Origin: an uncultured Hyphomicrobiales bacterium | Lineage (GTDB): Bacteria > Pseudomonadota > Alphaproteobacteria > Rhodospirillales > CAYFNC01 | Assembly (NCBI GenBank): GCA_964344345.1 | Contig: CAYFNC010000006.1 | Span: 30,894-94,893 of the forward strand | Direction of reading: 5' to 3' | DNA length: 64,000 bases | Notes under the pieces: model-generated | What the model saw: only the letters and a program-made list of their open reading frames with translations | The model's database searches: none | What the model was told of the DNA's origin: nothing | Program-made: the position numbers and the translations under genes | Shown: positions 24,997 through 35,629 of the stretch, in pieces | How the letters are laid out: each line of letters starts with the position of its first letter | How positions within the stretch are numbered: position 1 is the stretch's first letter

Positions 24997-26186
24997 GGGC
25001 GTTTGAGCCCCCGAGTCTTCTCCGCCCCTTCCAGGAAGCCGCCGAGAACCTTCCAGAATTCGGGCTCTTCCAGCAGGAACGCGTCGTGGCCCTTGTCGGA
25101 GACGATCTCGGCGAAGCTGACGTCGGCCGCGACCGCGTTCAAAGCGTGCACGATGCGGCGGCTTTCGGACGTGGGGTACAGCCAGTCGCTGGTGAACGAG
25201 ATGACGCAGAACCGGACCGGCGTGTCCTTGAACGCATTGGCGAGCACCCCGTCGAACCGCGCCGCCACGTCGTGGTAGTCCATGGCCCGGGTGATGTAGA
25301 GGTACGAGTTGGCGTCGAACCGCTCCACGAACTTGATCCCCTGGTGGCGCAGATAGCTTTCCACCTGGAAGTCCGCGTCGAAGCCGAAGGTGAAGGCGTC
25401 CCGGTCCTGCAGCGTGCGGCCGAACTTCCGCTCCAGCGCCGCCTCGGAAAGGTACGTGATGTGCGCCGCCATGCGGGCGACGGCGAGGCCACGGCTTGGG
25501 TTGCGGTCCTCGAGCACGTAGTCGCCGCCCAGCCATTCCGGATCGGCCATGATCGCCTGGCGGCCCAGCTCGTGGAAAGCGATGTTCTGGGCGGAGTGAT
25601 AGGCCGACGTGGCGATGGGCGCGGCGCAGTAGCAGCGCTCGGGAAATTCGACCGCGAACTCCAAAACCTGCATGCCGCCCATGGACCCGCCGATGACCAT
25701 GAACAACTGGTCGATGCCCAGGTGGTCCAGCAGCAAGGCGTGGGCGCGCACCATGTCGCGGATGGTGATGACCGGGAAATTCAGGCCCCAGGGCTTTCCG
25801 GTTTCGGGGTTGACGTCGCGCGGCCCGGCCGTGCCCATGCAGCCGCTCAGGATGTTGGCGCAGATGACGAAGTAGCGGTCCGTGTCCAGAACCTTGCCCG
25901 GCCCGACCATGATGTCCCACCAGCCGGGATTGCCGGTCAGGGGATGGGTTTCGGCCACGTATTGGTCGCCGGTCAGCGCGTGGCAGACCAGGACCGCGTT
26001 GGACTTGTCCGCGTTCAGCGCGCCGTAGGTCCGGTAGGCGACGGGGAAATCGCGAAGCTCGACCCCGCATTCCAGCGTCAACGGCTTGTCGCGGCCGAGG
26101 AACACCCGCTCGCCCGGCAGGGTCCATTCCTGGGCGCCGTTGGCCGCGGATGCGTTCATGGGGGTCACGAGAGAGGTCCGATCCAT
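24993..26186 (-). CDS. metX: homoserine O-acetyltransferase MetX
   Basis: [12 protein letters not shown] ... [11 protein letters not shown] ... [10 protein letters not shown] ... SDWLYP. Start is uncertain (26186 or 26159). Confidence 0.9.
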   Translation of the reverse strand: MDRTSLVTPMNASAANGAQEWTLPGERVFLGRDKPLTLECGVELRDFPVAYRTYGALNADKSNAVLVCHALTGDQYVAETHPLTGNPGWWDIMVGPGKVLDTDRYFVICANILSGCMGTAGPRDVNPETGKPWGLNFPVITIRDMVRAHALLLDHLGIDQLFMVIGGSMGGMQVLEFAVEFPERCYCAAPIATSAYHSAQNIAFHELGRQAIMADPEWLGGDYVLEDRNPSRGLAVARMAAHITYLSEAALERKFGRTLQDRDAFTFGFDADFQVESYLRHQGIKFVERFDANSYLYITRAMDYHDVAARFDGVLANAFKDTPVRFCVISFTSDWLYPTSESRRIVHALNAVAADVSFAEIVSDKGHDAFLLEEPEFWKVLGGFLEGAEKTRGLKRP

Positions 26187-26298
26187 TCCATAATAGCCAC
26201 ATAGCTGGCGATCATGGGGGGGAGTGTCAACGTTTTCTTTGATTTTGGCGCTCCGTGGCCTTATCACTCTATCTTCCCTTCACGAGAGGCCCCTCGCA

Positions 26299-27222
26299 AT
26301 GAGCGACTCGGAACGAATGCTGACGGCGCTACGCCGTGAGATCGACGAGATAGACGATCAGATTCATGACCTTCTGATGCGCCGCACGAAGGTGGTCGAG
26401 GGCGTGCGCTCCCTGAAAAAGGCCCAAAGGGTCAAGATCCGCCCGGCGCGGGAGGCGGAAATCCTCTATCGCCTTTTGAAGCGCCACCAGGGGCACTTCC
26501 CCCGGCGCGAACTGACCCGCATCTGGCGCGAGATGATCGTGGCCACGCTCCGGTTCGAAGGCGCGTTCTCCGTCGCCGTTTACGAGGACGATCCCACCTC
26601 GGGCCTGTGGGACCTGGCCCGGGACCAATACGGGGCCTACACGCCCATGACCGCCTACGCGTCGGTCAGGCAGGTGATCGACTCGGTCACGCGCCAGGAT
26701 TCCACCGTCGGCATCCTGCCCGTTCCCCGCTGGGACGACGTCGATCCCTGGTGGCGGCACCTGGCCACCAACAAGCCCGACGCGCCCAAGGTCATCGCCC
26801 GGCTGCCGTTCGTTCTCGGCGGCAACGCCCGTGGCGGCAATCCCGAGGCCCTGGTGGTCTGCCCTGTGCCGCAAGAGCCCACCGGCAGCGACCGGACCAT
26901 GTTCATCGCCGAGACCGACGAGGGCGTGTCCCAGGCCGCCCTGGAAAAGCAGCTCAAGCTCGTCGGCGTCAAGGTGGTCTACACCCGGATGCTCCGCGAC
27001 GTTCACGCGCCCGACGTGTTCTTTTACCTGGTGGAGCTGGACGGCTTCGTTCCCGCCGACCACGACGGCCTGGTCCAGTTGAAGGAAGCCATGGGGGAAA
27101 GCCTCCATCACCTGTTCCCCATGGGCGGCTACGCCTTGCCGCTTGAGGAGGAGATGCTGAGCGATCCTCCCAAGCCCAAGCACGACGACGAGGACGAGGC
27201 GGAGGCCACGGCCGCGTCCTGA
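26299..27222 (+). CDS. chorismate mutase-domain protein with a C-terminal prephenate-dehydratase-like extension
   Basis: N-terminus LTALRREIDEIDDQIHDLLMRRTKVVEGV (CM type 2 helix). Sits next to hisC and tyrC. Confidence 0.7.
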   Translation: MSDSERMLTALRREIDEIDDQIHDLLMRRTKVVEGVRSLKKAQRVKIRPAREAEILYRLLKRHQGHFPRRELTRIWREMIVATLRFEGAFSVAVYEDDPTSGLWDLARDQYGAYTPMTAYASVRQVIDSVTRQDSTVGILPVPRWDDVDPWWRHLATNKPDAPKVIARLPFVLGGNARGGNPEALVVCPVPQEPTGSDRTMFIAETDEGVSQAALEKQLKLVGVKVVYTRMLRDVHAPDVFFYLVELDGFVPADHDGLVQLKEAMGESLHHLFPMGGYALPLEEEMLSDPPKPKHDDEDEAEATAAS

Positions 27223-27248
27223 CGCCAAGGAACCCAAGGAACAACACC

Positions 27249-28340
27249 ATGTCCGCGCCCGCCGTAAGACCGGGAATCATGGAAATCGCCCCCTATGTGG
27301 GCGGGGAGTCCAGCCTTAAGGGCGTGGACCGCGTGGTCAAGCTCGCCTCCAACGAAGGCGCCTTCGGCCCGAGCCCCAAGGCGGTGGAGGCCTATCGCGA
27401 GGCCGCCCCGGCCATGCATCGCTATCCGGACGGCAACTGCGTCGCCCTGCGCGGAGCGCTCGAGGAGCGTTGGGGCCTGGACGCGGAACGCATCGTATGC
27501 GGCGCGGGGTCGGACGAGATCCTCGGGCTGCTGTGCCGGGCTTACGCGGGCCCGGGGGACGAGGCGCTCTACACCGAGCATGGGTTCTTGATGTACCCCA
27601 TCTTCGCGCACTCGGTCGGCGCGACGCCGATCAAGGCGCCGGAAACCAACCTGAAGACCGACGTGGACGCCCTGTTGGCCCGGGTCACGGAGCGTACCCG
27701 CATCGTGTTCCTCGCCAATCCCAACAACCCGACGGGGTCGTACCTGACGGCGGACGAAATGGCGGGGCTTCGCGCCCGGCTGCCCGACCATGTCCTGTTG
27801 GTCATCGACGCGGCCTACGCCGAGTTCGTCGATCGGGACGACTACGATCCCGGGACCGCGCTGGTGGACGCGGGCGAGAACGTGGTCATGACCCGCACGT
27901 TCTCGAAAATCTTCGCGCTGGGCGGGTTGCGGCTCGGCTGGGGGTATTGCCCGCCCGCCGTCGCCGACGTCCTGAACCGGTCGCGCAATCCCTTCAACGT
28001 GGCGAGCGCGGCGCAGGCGGCCGGGGTCGCGGCGCTGGAGGACCGGGATTTTTTCGACAAATGCCGGGCGCACAACCTCGAATGGCTGGCCTGGACCCGA
28101 GGGAAGCTGCAAGCGCTGGGGATCGACGCGCCGGACAGCGCCGCGAACTTCGCCCTCGCCCGGTTCGGGAGCGAGGAAAAGGCCCTAGCCGCCGACGGGT
28201 TCCTCAGGTCGCGGGGGATCATCGTCCGGCGCATGGCGTCTTACGGCCTTCCGGACAGCCTGCGCATCTCCATCGGATTGGAGGACGAGATGCGGCTGAT
28301 TATCGATACGCTGAGCGATTTCATGGACACGCAGTCATGA
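27249..28340 (+). CDS. hisC: histidinol-phosphate aminotransferase
   Basis: KLASNEGAFGPSP ... YPDGNC ... NPNNPTGSY ... TRTFSKIFALGGLRLGW. Confidence 0.9.
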   Translation: MSAPAVRPGIMEIAPYVGGESSLKGVDRVVKLASNEGAFGPSPKAVEAYREAAPAMHRYPDGNCVALRGALEERWGLDAERIVCGAGSDEILGLLCRAYAGPGDEALYTEHGFLMYPIFAHSVGATPIKAPETNLKTDVDALLARVTERTRIVFLANPNNPTGSYLTADEMAGLRARLPDHVLLVIDAAYAEFVDRDDYDPGTALVDAGENVVMTRTFSKIFALGGLRLGWGYCPPAVADVLNRSRNPFNVASAAQAAGVAALEDRDFFDKCRAHNLEWLAWTRGKLQALGIDAPDSAANFALARFGSEEKALAADGFLRSRGIIVRRMASYGLPDSLRISIGLEDEMRLIIDTLSDFMDTQS

Positions 28341-29218
28341 CAGTCATGTTCGAACGCATCGCCTTCATCGGCATCGGCCTGATCGGGTCGTCCTTGGCCC
28401 GGGTGGTCCGGCGCGATGGGCTGGCCCGGGAAATCGCCGTTTGCGCCCGGCGCAAGGAGACCTTGGACACGGTCCGGGAGCTCGGCCTCGCCGACGTCCT
28501 GACCCACGACGCGGCCCAAGCGGTTCGGGGCGCGGACCTGGTCATGGTCTGCACCCCCATCGGGGCCTACGCCGCCATCGCCGAGGCCATCGCCTCCGCG
28601 CTCGAACCCGGCGCCATCCTGTCCGACGTCGGCTCCATCAAACAGGCGGTGATCCGCGACATGGGGCCGTTCGTTCCCGAAGGCGTCCATTTCGTCCCCG
28701 GCCATCCCGTGGCGGGGACCGAGCATTCCGGGCCCGAGCACGGCTTCGCCGACCTGTTCCAGGACCGCTGGTGCATCCTGACTCCGCCGAAGGGAACGGA
28801 CCATGCGGCGGTGGACAAGGTCGCCGACCTCTGGGGCCGGGCGGGCATGACGGTTGAGGTCATGGACCCCCGCCACCACGACCAGGTTCTGGCCATCACG
28901 TCCCACCTGCCGCACCTGATCGCCTACACCATCACGGGCACGGCCACGGACCTGGAGGAGCACCTGAAGCGCGAGGTGATCAAGTTCTCCGCCGGGGGCT
29001 TTCGCGATTTCACCCGCATCGCGGCGTCGGATCCGGTGATGTGGCGGGACATCTTCCTCGGCAACAAGGATGCGGTGCTGGAGATGCTGGGCCGGTTCAG
29101 CGAGGACTTGGCGGCGCTGCAGCGCGCCATCCGCTGGGGCGAGGGGGACAAGATCGAGGACTACTTCGCCCGCGCCCGGGAAATTCGCCGCAGCGTGATC
29201 GAAGCCAAGCAGGCCTGA
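28337..29218 (+). CDS. tyrC: prephenate/arogenate dehydrogenase
   Basis: IAFIGIGLIGSSLA ... SDVGSIK ... VPGHPVAGTEHSGP ... HDQVLAITSHLPHL. ATGA overlap with hisC. Confidence 0.85.
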   Translation: MTVMFERIAFIGIGLIGSSLARVVRRDGLAREIAVCARRKETLDTVRELGLADVLTHDAAQAVRGADLVMVCTPIGAYAAIAEAIASALEPGAILSDVGSIKQAVIRDMGPFVPEGVHFVPGHPVAGTEHSGPEHGFADLFQDRWCILTPPKGTDHAAVDKVADLWGRAGMTVEVMDPRHHDQVLAITSHLPHLIAYTITGTATDLEEHLKREVIKFSAGGFRDFTRIAASDPVMWRDIFLGNKDAVLEMLGRFSEDLAALQRAIRWGEGDKIEDYFARAREIRRSVIEAKQA

Positions 29219-29575
29219 TCACAATCCCAGCATCATCGCCACCCATCCAAGCCCCAAGGCCGCGATCAGGATCGGCGAGGTGATCAGCCCCACGAACGCC
29301 AACAGGAAACCGACGATGGCCCAGGTCCATTGTCCCTTGAACATGGCGAAAAGGCTGCAGAGGAAGCCCAAGGGCGTGAACACGAACGCCACGTCCAGGA
29401 TGCCCAATAACCCGAAGCAGACGGCGAAATAGCCCATGACCGGGTGATCGGCGTCCGCCCGTTTTTCCGGCGGCTGGGCGGGCGGCTCGGGCTTGTCTTC
29501 CCCGGGCGCTTCCGGCTCGGGCGACGCGGCGGGCTTGTCCGGGTCGGGGGTGAGGCGAAGTTCGATCTTATCCAT
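29219..29575 (-). CDS. small membrane protein, hypothetical
   Basis: Pro/Glu-rich N-terminus followed by three hydrophobic segments. Confidence 0.5.
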   Translation of the reverse strand: MDKIELRLTPDPDKPAASPEPEAPGEDKPEPPAQPPEKRADADHPVMGYFAVCFGLLGILDVAFVFTPLGFLCSLFAMFKGQWTWAIVGFLLAFVGLITSPILIAALGLGWVAMMLGL

Positions 29576-29584
29576 GGCCGGTCC

Positions 29585-30829
29585 TCACCTTTGGCGGAGG
29601 GCGGCGGCCCAGCATTCCGCCGGGTCGAAGGCCACCAGGGCGACGAATTCCGGGTCCAGCTTCCCCTCGCGGCCCATGCCGTCCAGGATGTCGAGGATTT
29701 CGTCCGGCCGCATGCTGGGGCGATAGGGGCGGTCCTGGGCCAGGGCCTGGAACACGTCGGCGACGGCGAGCAGTCGGGCCTCGGTGGGCAGGTCCGCGCC
29801 GCCGAGATGGAAGGGGTAGCCCTCGCCCGTCACCTGCTCGTGGTGGTAGGCCGCCCATTCGGCGATTTCCTCGAACCCCTCGATGCGGGTCAGGATCTGG
29901 TGGGTGTGGAAGCTGTGGTGGCTGATGGCCGCGCGCTCCCGGTCGTCGAGCGGCGCGGGCTTCTCCAGCACCTCGTCCGGCACCCGGAGTTTCCCGAGGT
30001 CGTGCAGCAACGCCGCCACCTGCACCCGGTCGCAGCGCCCGGCGTCGAACCCGGCCCGCTCGCACAGCAATCGCGAGACCCGGGCGACGCCGAGCGAGTG
30101 CTCGGCCGTATAGGGGCTTTTGGCGTCCACGATGCGGGCGAACATGGCGGCCAGCATCTTGGTCTGGTCGATGGTGACCGGGACGGGATTGCGCGTCTTC
30201 GCCCCCTTGTCGAGAAACGCGATCAGGGGATCGGGCTCCAACGTAAACCAGAACGATTCCCGCGCGGCGGCGTCCTTGAAGGCGTCGACCAGCTTGGGCG
30301 AAAACCGGGTTCCCCGATTGGCGATGACGGCTTCCTTGACCGCGTCCCGGGCCAGGATCGGCTCCGAAACCCCTTGCTGCGCCACCAGGGCGTCGACGCG
30401 GTCGGCGAGATAGAGGCAGTTGGCCATGTCCATGGCGTGGCGCGGCAGCCGGGGCTCCATTTCCTCCAGGTCGGCCCAATGGGCGTGGTGGTGGCGGATG
30501 GCGAGGGCCAGGTGCGCCAGCGGCTCGAACGCTTCCAGAAGCCGTTCGCCCCGGACGCAATGGGCCTCGGCCCCGCTCCAGTCGATGTTGTCCACCAGAT
30601 CCCGGTGTTCGGTGTTCGACGAGACGCCGCAATCGTGCAGCATGCCCGCGTCGAACAGGAACTCCAGGTCTTCGGGCGGGAATCCCCCGGCCTTGCCGAT
30701 TTCCATGGCCATGTAGGCCACGCGCTTGCCGTGGCGCACGTCGTCGATGCCAACGTAGTCGAGGGCGTCGGACAGAACGTAGATGATCTGCCTGAGGTCC
30801 AGCGTCAGCGGTTGGCCACCGTCGATCAT
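29585..30829 (-). CDS. HD-GYP domain protein (two HD-type domains)
   Basis: AALLHDLGKLRVP ... HHSFHTHQIL ... YHHEQVTGEGYPFHL ... AVADVFQALAQDRPYR. Confidence 0.8.
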   Translation of the reverse strand: MIDGGQPLTLDLRQIIYVLSDALDYVGIDDVRHGKRVAYMAMEIGKAGGFPPEDLEFLFDAGMLHDCGVSSNTEHRDLVDNIDWSGAEAHCVRGERLLEAFEPLAHLALAIRHHHAHWADLEEMEPRLPRHAMDMANCLYLADRVDALVAQQGVSEPILARDAVKEAVIANRGTRFSPKLVDAFKDAAARESFWFTLEPDPLIAFLDKGAKTRNPVPVTIDQTKMLAAMFARIVDAKSPYTAEHSLGVARVSRLLCERAGFDAGRCDRVQVAALLHDLGKLRVPDEVLEKPAPLDDRERAAISHHSFHTHQILTRIEGFEEIAEWAAYHHEQVTGEGYPFHLGGADLPTEARLLAVADVFQALAQDRPYRPSMRPDEILDILDGMGREGKLDPEFVALVAFDPAECWAAALRQR

Positions 30830-30844
30830 GTTTTGTCCGATCGC

Positions 30845-31642
30845 TTAGTCGTCCCCAGTTCCGAAGCCGCCCAAAAGCGACCCTTCGCCCTTGGATCCGC
30901 CCGCGATCGGCGCGGCCTGCAGCATGCGCCCGGCGAGCCTCGAGAACGGCAGGCTTTGCAGCCACACCCGGCCGGGGCCGCGAAGACGGGCGAAGAACAC
31001 GCCCTCGCCGCCGAACAGCATGGTCTTGACGCCCCCGACGGTGACCAGGTCGAAATCGATGGTGGGCGACATGGCCGCGAGGCAGCCGGTGTCAACGTGC
31101 AGCTCCTCGCCCGGGTTCAGGTCGCGCTCGATCACGGTGCCGCCCATATGCACGAAGACCCAGCCGTCGCCTTCCAGCTTCTGCATGATGAAGCCCTCGC
31201 CGCCGAACAGCCCGGTCAGGATGCGTTTTTGGATGTGGATGCCGACGCTGACGCCCTTGGCGGCGGCGAGGAAGCTGTCCTTCTGGCAGATCAGCGCGCC
31301 GCCGATTTCGGACAGCAGCACCGGCTTGATGTTGCCGGGATAGGGCGCGCCGAAGGCGCAGACGGCCTTGCCCGACGATCCTTCGTGGGTGAAGGCGGTC
31401 ATGAACAGGCTTTCGCCGGTCAGGATGCGTTTGCCGGCGCCGAACAGCTTGGACATCAGCCCGTCGGACGAGCCGTCGCCCAAAAGCGTGTTCATCTCCA
31501 CCACCGGGTCCTTGTACATCATGACCCCGGCCTCGGCGATGGCGCTTTCGCCGGGGTCTAATTCGACCTCGACGAACTGCATTTCGTGGCCGTGGATTCG
31601 ATAGTCGATTTCGTCGTTGCTCGGCATGACCGCGCTCCCCAA
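30845..31642 (-). CDS. TIGR00266/AIM24-like (DUF124) family protein
   Basis: [32 protein letters not shown] ... [23 protein letters not shown]. The family assignment is from memory. Confidence 0.7.
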   Translation of the reverse strand: MGSAVMPSNDEIDYRIHGHEMQFVEVELDPGESAIAEAGVMMYKDPVVEMNTLLGDGSSDGLMSKLFGAGKRILTGESLFMTAFTHEGSSGKAVCAFGAPYPGNIKPVLLSEIGGALICQKDSFLAAAKGVSVGIHIQKRILTGLFGGEGFIMQKLEGDGWVFVHMGGTVIERDLNPGEELHVDTGCLAAMSPTIDFDLVTVGGVKTMLFGGEGVFFARLRGPGRVWLQSLPFSRLAGRMLQAAPIAGGSKGEGSLLGGFGTGDD

Positions 31643-31815
31643 AGCCCAAACCTTCTCGAATGGTGCCTGGGAACGCCATGAAAATCAACGATTTTGCGCT
31701 GCGATTTCGCAGGTGCGAAAAATTACTGGCCAGTTACATGATAATTTGCTAATATTTTGTTAACCATAAACGCCCGAACGAGGCCGAAGGCCCAGGGCGA
31801 ACGGAGGCGGTTCAG

Positions 31816-31926
31816 ATGGTCATAGTCGACGATTCGACGGTGTTGCCGGTTGTGCGGGTCGGTTTCGGCGTAATCGGGGGCGTGGCCCTCGGCTTGGTTC
31901 TCATGGCCACGGTGGCGGTGGTCTGA
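31816..31926 (+). CDS. candidate 36-aa hydrophobic peptide
   Basis: ATG preceded by GGAGG at 8-nt spacing. MVIVDDSTVLPVVRVGFGVIGGVALGLVLMATVAVV. GC-rich third codon positions. It is below the ORF-track length cutoff. Confidence 0.35.
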   Translation: MVIVDDSTVLPVVRVGFGVIGGVALGLVLMATVAVV

Positions 31927-31960
31927 GCGGAGCCCGCGAAAGGCTGGAAATCCGGAATTC

Positions 31961-32140
31961 TCAGTGCCCGGCGCCGCGTCCCGCGCCCGGGGCCAACACG
32001 AAATGGCGCGAGCAATAGGGGCACACGGCCTCGCCCGACGCGCCGATCTGCAAAAAGACCCTGGGGTGTCCGCCCGCGCCTTCTCCGCCGTCGCATTTCA
32101 CGGTGCGCGTGTCCACCTGCTTCGCCTGTTCCTGTTCCAT
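31961..32140 (-). CDS. zinc-finger (zf-CHCC-like) small protein
   Basis: VKCDGGEGAGGHPRVFLQIG ... AVCPYCSRHF. Confidence 0.6.
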   Translation of the reverse strand: MEQEQAKQVDTRTVKCDGGEGAGGHPRVFLQIGASGEAVCPYCSRHFVLAPGAGRGAGH

Positions 32141-32238
32141 TGCTCTTCCTCCCCCGCGGTCCCGATTTTGGACCGTTGCCTTTGCTTGCGGTCGATGATA
32201 GCGATTGGCGCGCGACAATCAACGTCAGACGACGCGAG

Positions 32239-33201
32239 ATGCCATCCCAAGCCCCCGACAACGCGATCGAAACGATCGACCTCTGCAAGACCTATCGCAA
32301 GCGCGGCCGCCGCCCGGCGCACGAGGCGCTCAAGACCGTCTCCATCGCCATTCCGCGCGGGTCCATGTTCGCGCTGCTGGGGCCGAACGGGGCCGGGAAG
32401 TCCACCTTCATCAATATCCTGGCCGGGCTGGTGGTCAAGACGTCGGGCGAGGCGCGTGTGTGGGGCGCGGACATCGAGGCGGACATGCGCACGGCGCGCC
32501 GCGCCATTGGCGTGGTGCCCCAGGAGCTGAACATCGACCCGTTCTTCTCGCCCCGCGAATTGCTGGAGGTGCAGGCGGGGCTCTACGGCGTTCCGCCGGG
32601 TCAAAGGAAAACCGACGAGATCCTCGAGGCCATCGGCTTGACCGAACAGGCGGACGCCTACGCCCGGACCCTGTCGGGCGGCATGCGGCGGCGCCTTCTG
32701 GTGGGCAAGGCCATGGTGCATTCGCCCCCGGTCCTGGTGCTGGACGAGCCCACCGCGGGCGTGGACATCGAGCTTCGCCGCCAGCTTTGGGAGACCGTGC
32801 GCGGGCTCAACGCCCGGGGCGTGACCATCTTGCTCACCACCCATTACCTGGAGGAGGCGGAAGAGCTCTGCGATCGCGTCGCCATCATCGACAAGGGCCG
32901 CCTGGTGGCGTGCGAGTCCAAGGAAACCCTGCTTTCCCGCATCGACTCCCGGGAGATGGAGATCACCGTGGACCGGGACCTGGAGAGCGTTCCCGAAGCG
33001 CTCGACTTCCATCAGGCGACGGTGGTGGCGCCGCGCCGCCTGCGCTTCCGCTATCCCCCCAGCAGCGTCACCGGCGGCGAGATCCTTGACCGGGCGCGCG
33101 AGGCGGGCCTCGGCGTGGTCGAGGTCGCCACCTGGGAGGCGGAGCTGGAAGATATCTTTCTTCATCTCACCGGCCGGAATAACGGGGAGGGGGCGCATTG
33201 A
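32239..33201 (+). CDS. ABC transporter ATP-binding protein
   Basis: Walker A GPNGAGKST. Signature LSGGMRRRL. Walker B VLVLDEPTAGVD. Confidence 0.85.
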   Translation: MPSQAPDNAIETIDLCKTYRKRGRRPAHEALKTVSIAIPRGSMFALLGPNGAGKSTFINILAGLVVKTSGEARVWGADIEADMRTARRAIGVVPQELNIDPFFSPRELLEVQAGLYGVPPGQRKTDEILEAIGLTEQADAYARTLSGGMRRRLLVGKAMVHSPPVLVLDEPTAGVDIELRRQLWETVRGLNARGVTILLTTHYLEEAEELCDRVAIIDKGRLVACESKETLLSRIDSREMEITVDRDLESVPEALDFHQATVVAPRRLRFRYPPSSVTGGEILDRAREAGLGVVEVATWEAELEDIFLHLTGRNNGEGAH

Positions 33202-34163
33202 GGGCGGCCTGGCTTCTCGCCGGGATAATCGCGTTCCTGTCCGCCTGCGCGCCCGTGATCGCGCCGCCCGGTCCCGGAGGGACGGCGGCCATCGACGGCG
33301 AGACGCTGACGACCTCGGACGGGCTGAGCCTGCCGCTTCGAACGTGGGCGCCCGAGGGAAAGCCCAAGGCCGTCGTGGCCGCGCTTCACGGCTTCAACGA
33401 CTACGGTAATTTCATAAATAACGCCGCCGCGTTCTGGGCCGAGCGGGGGATCGCGGTCTACGCCTACGATCAGCGAGGGTTCGGCGCCGCGCCCCATCGC
33501 GGCCTGTGGGCGGGGCGGGAGGCGATGACGGGGGATATCAAGACCTTTGCGCGGCTATTGAGGGCGCGCCATCCCAAGACACCGCTCCACCTTCTCGGCG
33601 TCAGCATGGGCGGCGCCGTGGTCATGACCGCCATGACGGACGAGGACCCGCCCGACGTCGATGGGGTGATTCTGTCGGGACCGGCGGTGTGGGGCAGGCG
33701 CACCATGCCTTGGTATCAGCCCGTGGCGCTTTGGATCGGGGCGCACGCCATTCCGGGCGTCGTCCTGACCGGGCGGGGGATCAAGCGACGTCCATCCGAC
33801 AACGTCGAGATGCTGCGGGCGCTGGGGAGAGACCCCTTGATGATCCGGGGCGCGCGGGTGGACGCGCTTTGGGGGGTGACGGACCTGATGGACGAGGCGC
33901 TGGAGGCCACCGCAAAGCTGCGCGGGCCGACCCTGATCCTGATCGGCGCCAACGACGACATCGTGCCGCACCCGGCCTACCGCGCCATGCGGGAGTTGCT
34001 GCCGGACGATCCCGGGATCCGGCTGGTCCGCTATGAATACGGCTATCACATGCTGCTCCGCGACCTTCAGGCCGAAACCGTGTGGAAAGACGCGGCGGCG
34101 TGGATGCGGGACCAAAGGGCCCCGCTTCCATCCGGCGCCGAGGAGGCCGCGCGGAAACCATAG
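33198..34163 (+). CDS. alpha/beta hydrolase lipoprotein (lysophospholipase/monoacylglycerol lipase-like)
   Basis: Lipobox AFLSAC. ALHGFNDYG. Nucleophile elbow LLGVSMGG. TTG start overlaps the ABC gene stop. Confidence 0.8.
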   Translation: MRAAWLLAGIIAFLSACAPVIAPPGPGGTAAIDGETLTTSDGLSLPLRTWAPEGKPKAVVAALHGFNDYGNFINNAAAFWAERGIAVYAYDQRGFGAAPHRGLWAGREAMTGDIKTFARLLRARHPKTPLHLLGVSMGGAVVMTAMTDEDPPDVDGVILSGPAVWGRRTMPWYQPVALWIGAHAIPGVVLTGRGIKRRPSDNVEMLRALGRDPLMIRGARVDALWGVTDLMDEALEATAKLRGPTLILIGANDDIVPHPAYRAMRELLPDDPGIRLVRYEYGYHMLLRDLQAETVWKDAAAWMRDQRAPLPSGAEEAARKP

Positions 34164-34304
34164 TCCCGGAACCGTCATTTATTCGTGCTTGCCCCCGACT
34201 CACCGATTTGGCAGGCTAATATTTGTAGTCAGGAAGATTGCTGGCCCCAAGATGATGTGGCTGGCGCTAAATCTAGGATTTTCCTGGGAATAATAGGGGG
34301 CTTT

Positions 34305-34808
34305 ATGGATTCCCTGGGTCTTGTTGAAGAGTCGCGATTCGGCCATCCGCTGGACGTGATCGAGAACATGGTCGCCGCCAACGACTGGGCGTTCCAGCGT
34401 TCCGGCGACGAGGAGATGTCGGTCCAGGTGCCGGGGCGCTGGTGCGATTTCAGCCTGTTCTTCAATTGGAACGCCATGGTTTCGGCCATGCATTGCACCT
34501 GCGCCATGGATATCCGGGTCCCGTCGGACCGGAAGGGCTCCATCTACGAGCTTTTGGCCATGATCAACGAACAGACTTGGCTCGGCCATTTCGGGGTGTG
34601 GGACGACGAGGGCCTGCCCATGTTCCGCCACTCCCTGCCTTTGCGCGGCGCGGCCATGCCCACCACCGAGCAGATCGAGGACGTGGTCGATACCGCCATC
34701 GACGAGTGCGAGCGGTTCTATCCCGCGTTTCAGTACGTGCTCTGGGGCGGCAAGACCCCGGCCGAAGCCATGGCCTTCGCCACCTTCGACACCGTGGGGG
34801 AAGCCTGA
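34305..34808 (+). CDS. YbjN-domain protein
   Basis: PLDVIENMVAANDWAFQRSGDEEMSVQVPGRWCDF ... is a YbjN/T3SS-chaperone-like pattern. AGGGGG ribosome-binding site. Confidence 0.65.
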   Translation: MDSLGLVEESRFGHPLDVIENMVAANDWAFQRSGDEEMSVQVPGRWCDFSLFFNWNAMVSAMHCTCAMDIRVPSDRKGSIYELLAMINEQTWLGHFGVWDDEGLPMFRHSLPLRGAAMPTTEQIEDVVDTAIDECERFYPAFQYVLWGGKTPAEAMAFATFDTVGEA

Positions 34809-35627
34809 ATGGAGAGCGGTCCCCTGCTGCTAGCCGGGTGCGGCAAGATGGGTGGGGCGCTTCTGGACGGGTGGCTCGACCGGGGGCTGGACCCCGCGTT
34901 CGTCACCGTTGTCGAACCCGCAGCCGACGCAGCCGACGCCGTGCTGGCCAAGGGCGTGACCGTGGTGTCCGCCCCCGAAGACCTGACGGCGAGCCATCCC
35001 TTTTCGGTCGTGATGCTGGCGGTCAAGCCCCAGGTCATGGGCGACGTGGCCCCGGCCTACGCCCGGTTCGCGTCGCCGGAGACCGTGTTTCTTTCCATCG
35101 CCGCCGGAAAAACCATCACCGAATTCGAGTCCATGCTGGGGGAGGGGGCGGCGATCGTCCGCTCCATGCCCAACACCCCGGCGGCCGTGCGCAAGGGCGT
35201 CACCGTCTTGTGCGCCAACGCCAGCGTCGACGAGCGCCAGCGCGCCCGCTGCCAGGAATTGCTCGAAGCCGTGGGCCGGGCGGCCTGGGTCGAGGACGAG
35301 GGGCTGATGGACGCGGTCACCGCCGTGTCGGGCAGCGGCCCGGCCTACGTCTTCCATCTGGTCGAAGCCATGGCGGCGGCGGGGGAGGCCCAGGGCCTTG
35401 CGCCCGACCTCGCCCAGACGTTGGCCCGCGCGACCGTGAGCGGGGCGGGGGCGTTGCTCGACGCCTCGCCCGAAAGCCCCGGGACCCTGCGGCAAAACGT
35501 CACCAGCCCCGGCGGCACCACGGCCGCCGCCCTGGAGGTCCTGATGGCGGACGAGGGGCTGAGAGCCCTGATGGCGCGCGCCATCGACGCGGCGGCGCGG
35601 CGGTCTCGGGAGTTATCGGGAAAATAG
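34809..35627 (+). CDS. proC: pyrroline-5-carboxylate reductase
   Basis: LLAGCGKMGGALL ... MLAVKPQ ... VRSMPNTPAAV ... SGSGPAYVF ... VTSPGGTT. Confidence 0.9.
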   Translation: MESGPLLLAGCGKMGGALLDGWLDRGLDPAFVTVVEPAADAADAVLAKGVTVVSAPEDLTASHPFSVVMLAVKPQVMGDVAPAYARFASPETVFLSIAAGKTITEFESMLGEGAAIVRSMPNTPAAVRKGVTVLCANASVDERQRARCQELLEAVGRAAWVEDEGLMDAVTAVSGSGPAYVFHLVEAMAAAGEAQGLAPDLAQTLARATVSGAGALLDASPESPGTLRQNVTSPGGTTAAALEVLMADEGLRALMARAIDAAARRSRELSGK

Positions 35628-35629
35628 CC

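Noticed and set aside
26187-26298. Possible SAM-II-type riboswitch in the roughly 110-nt leader of metX (minus strand)
   Set aside because: SAM-II is expected upstream of metX in alphaproteobacteria, but I could not reproduce the consensus pseudoknot from memory in this sequence. The metX start is also uncertain. An Rfam RF00521 scan is needed.
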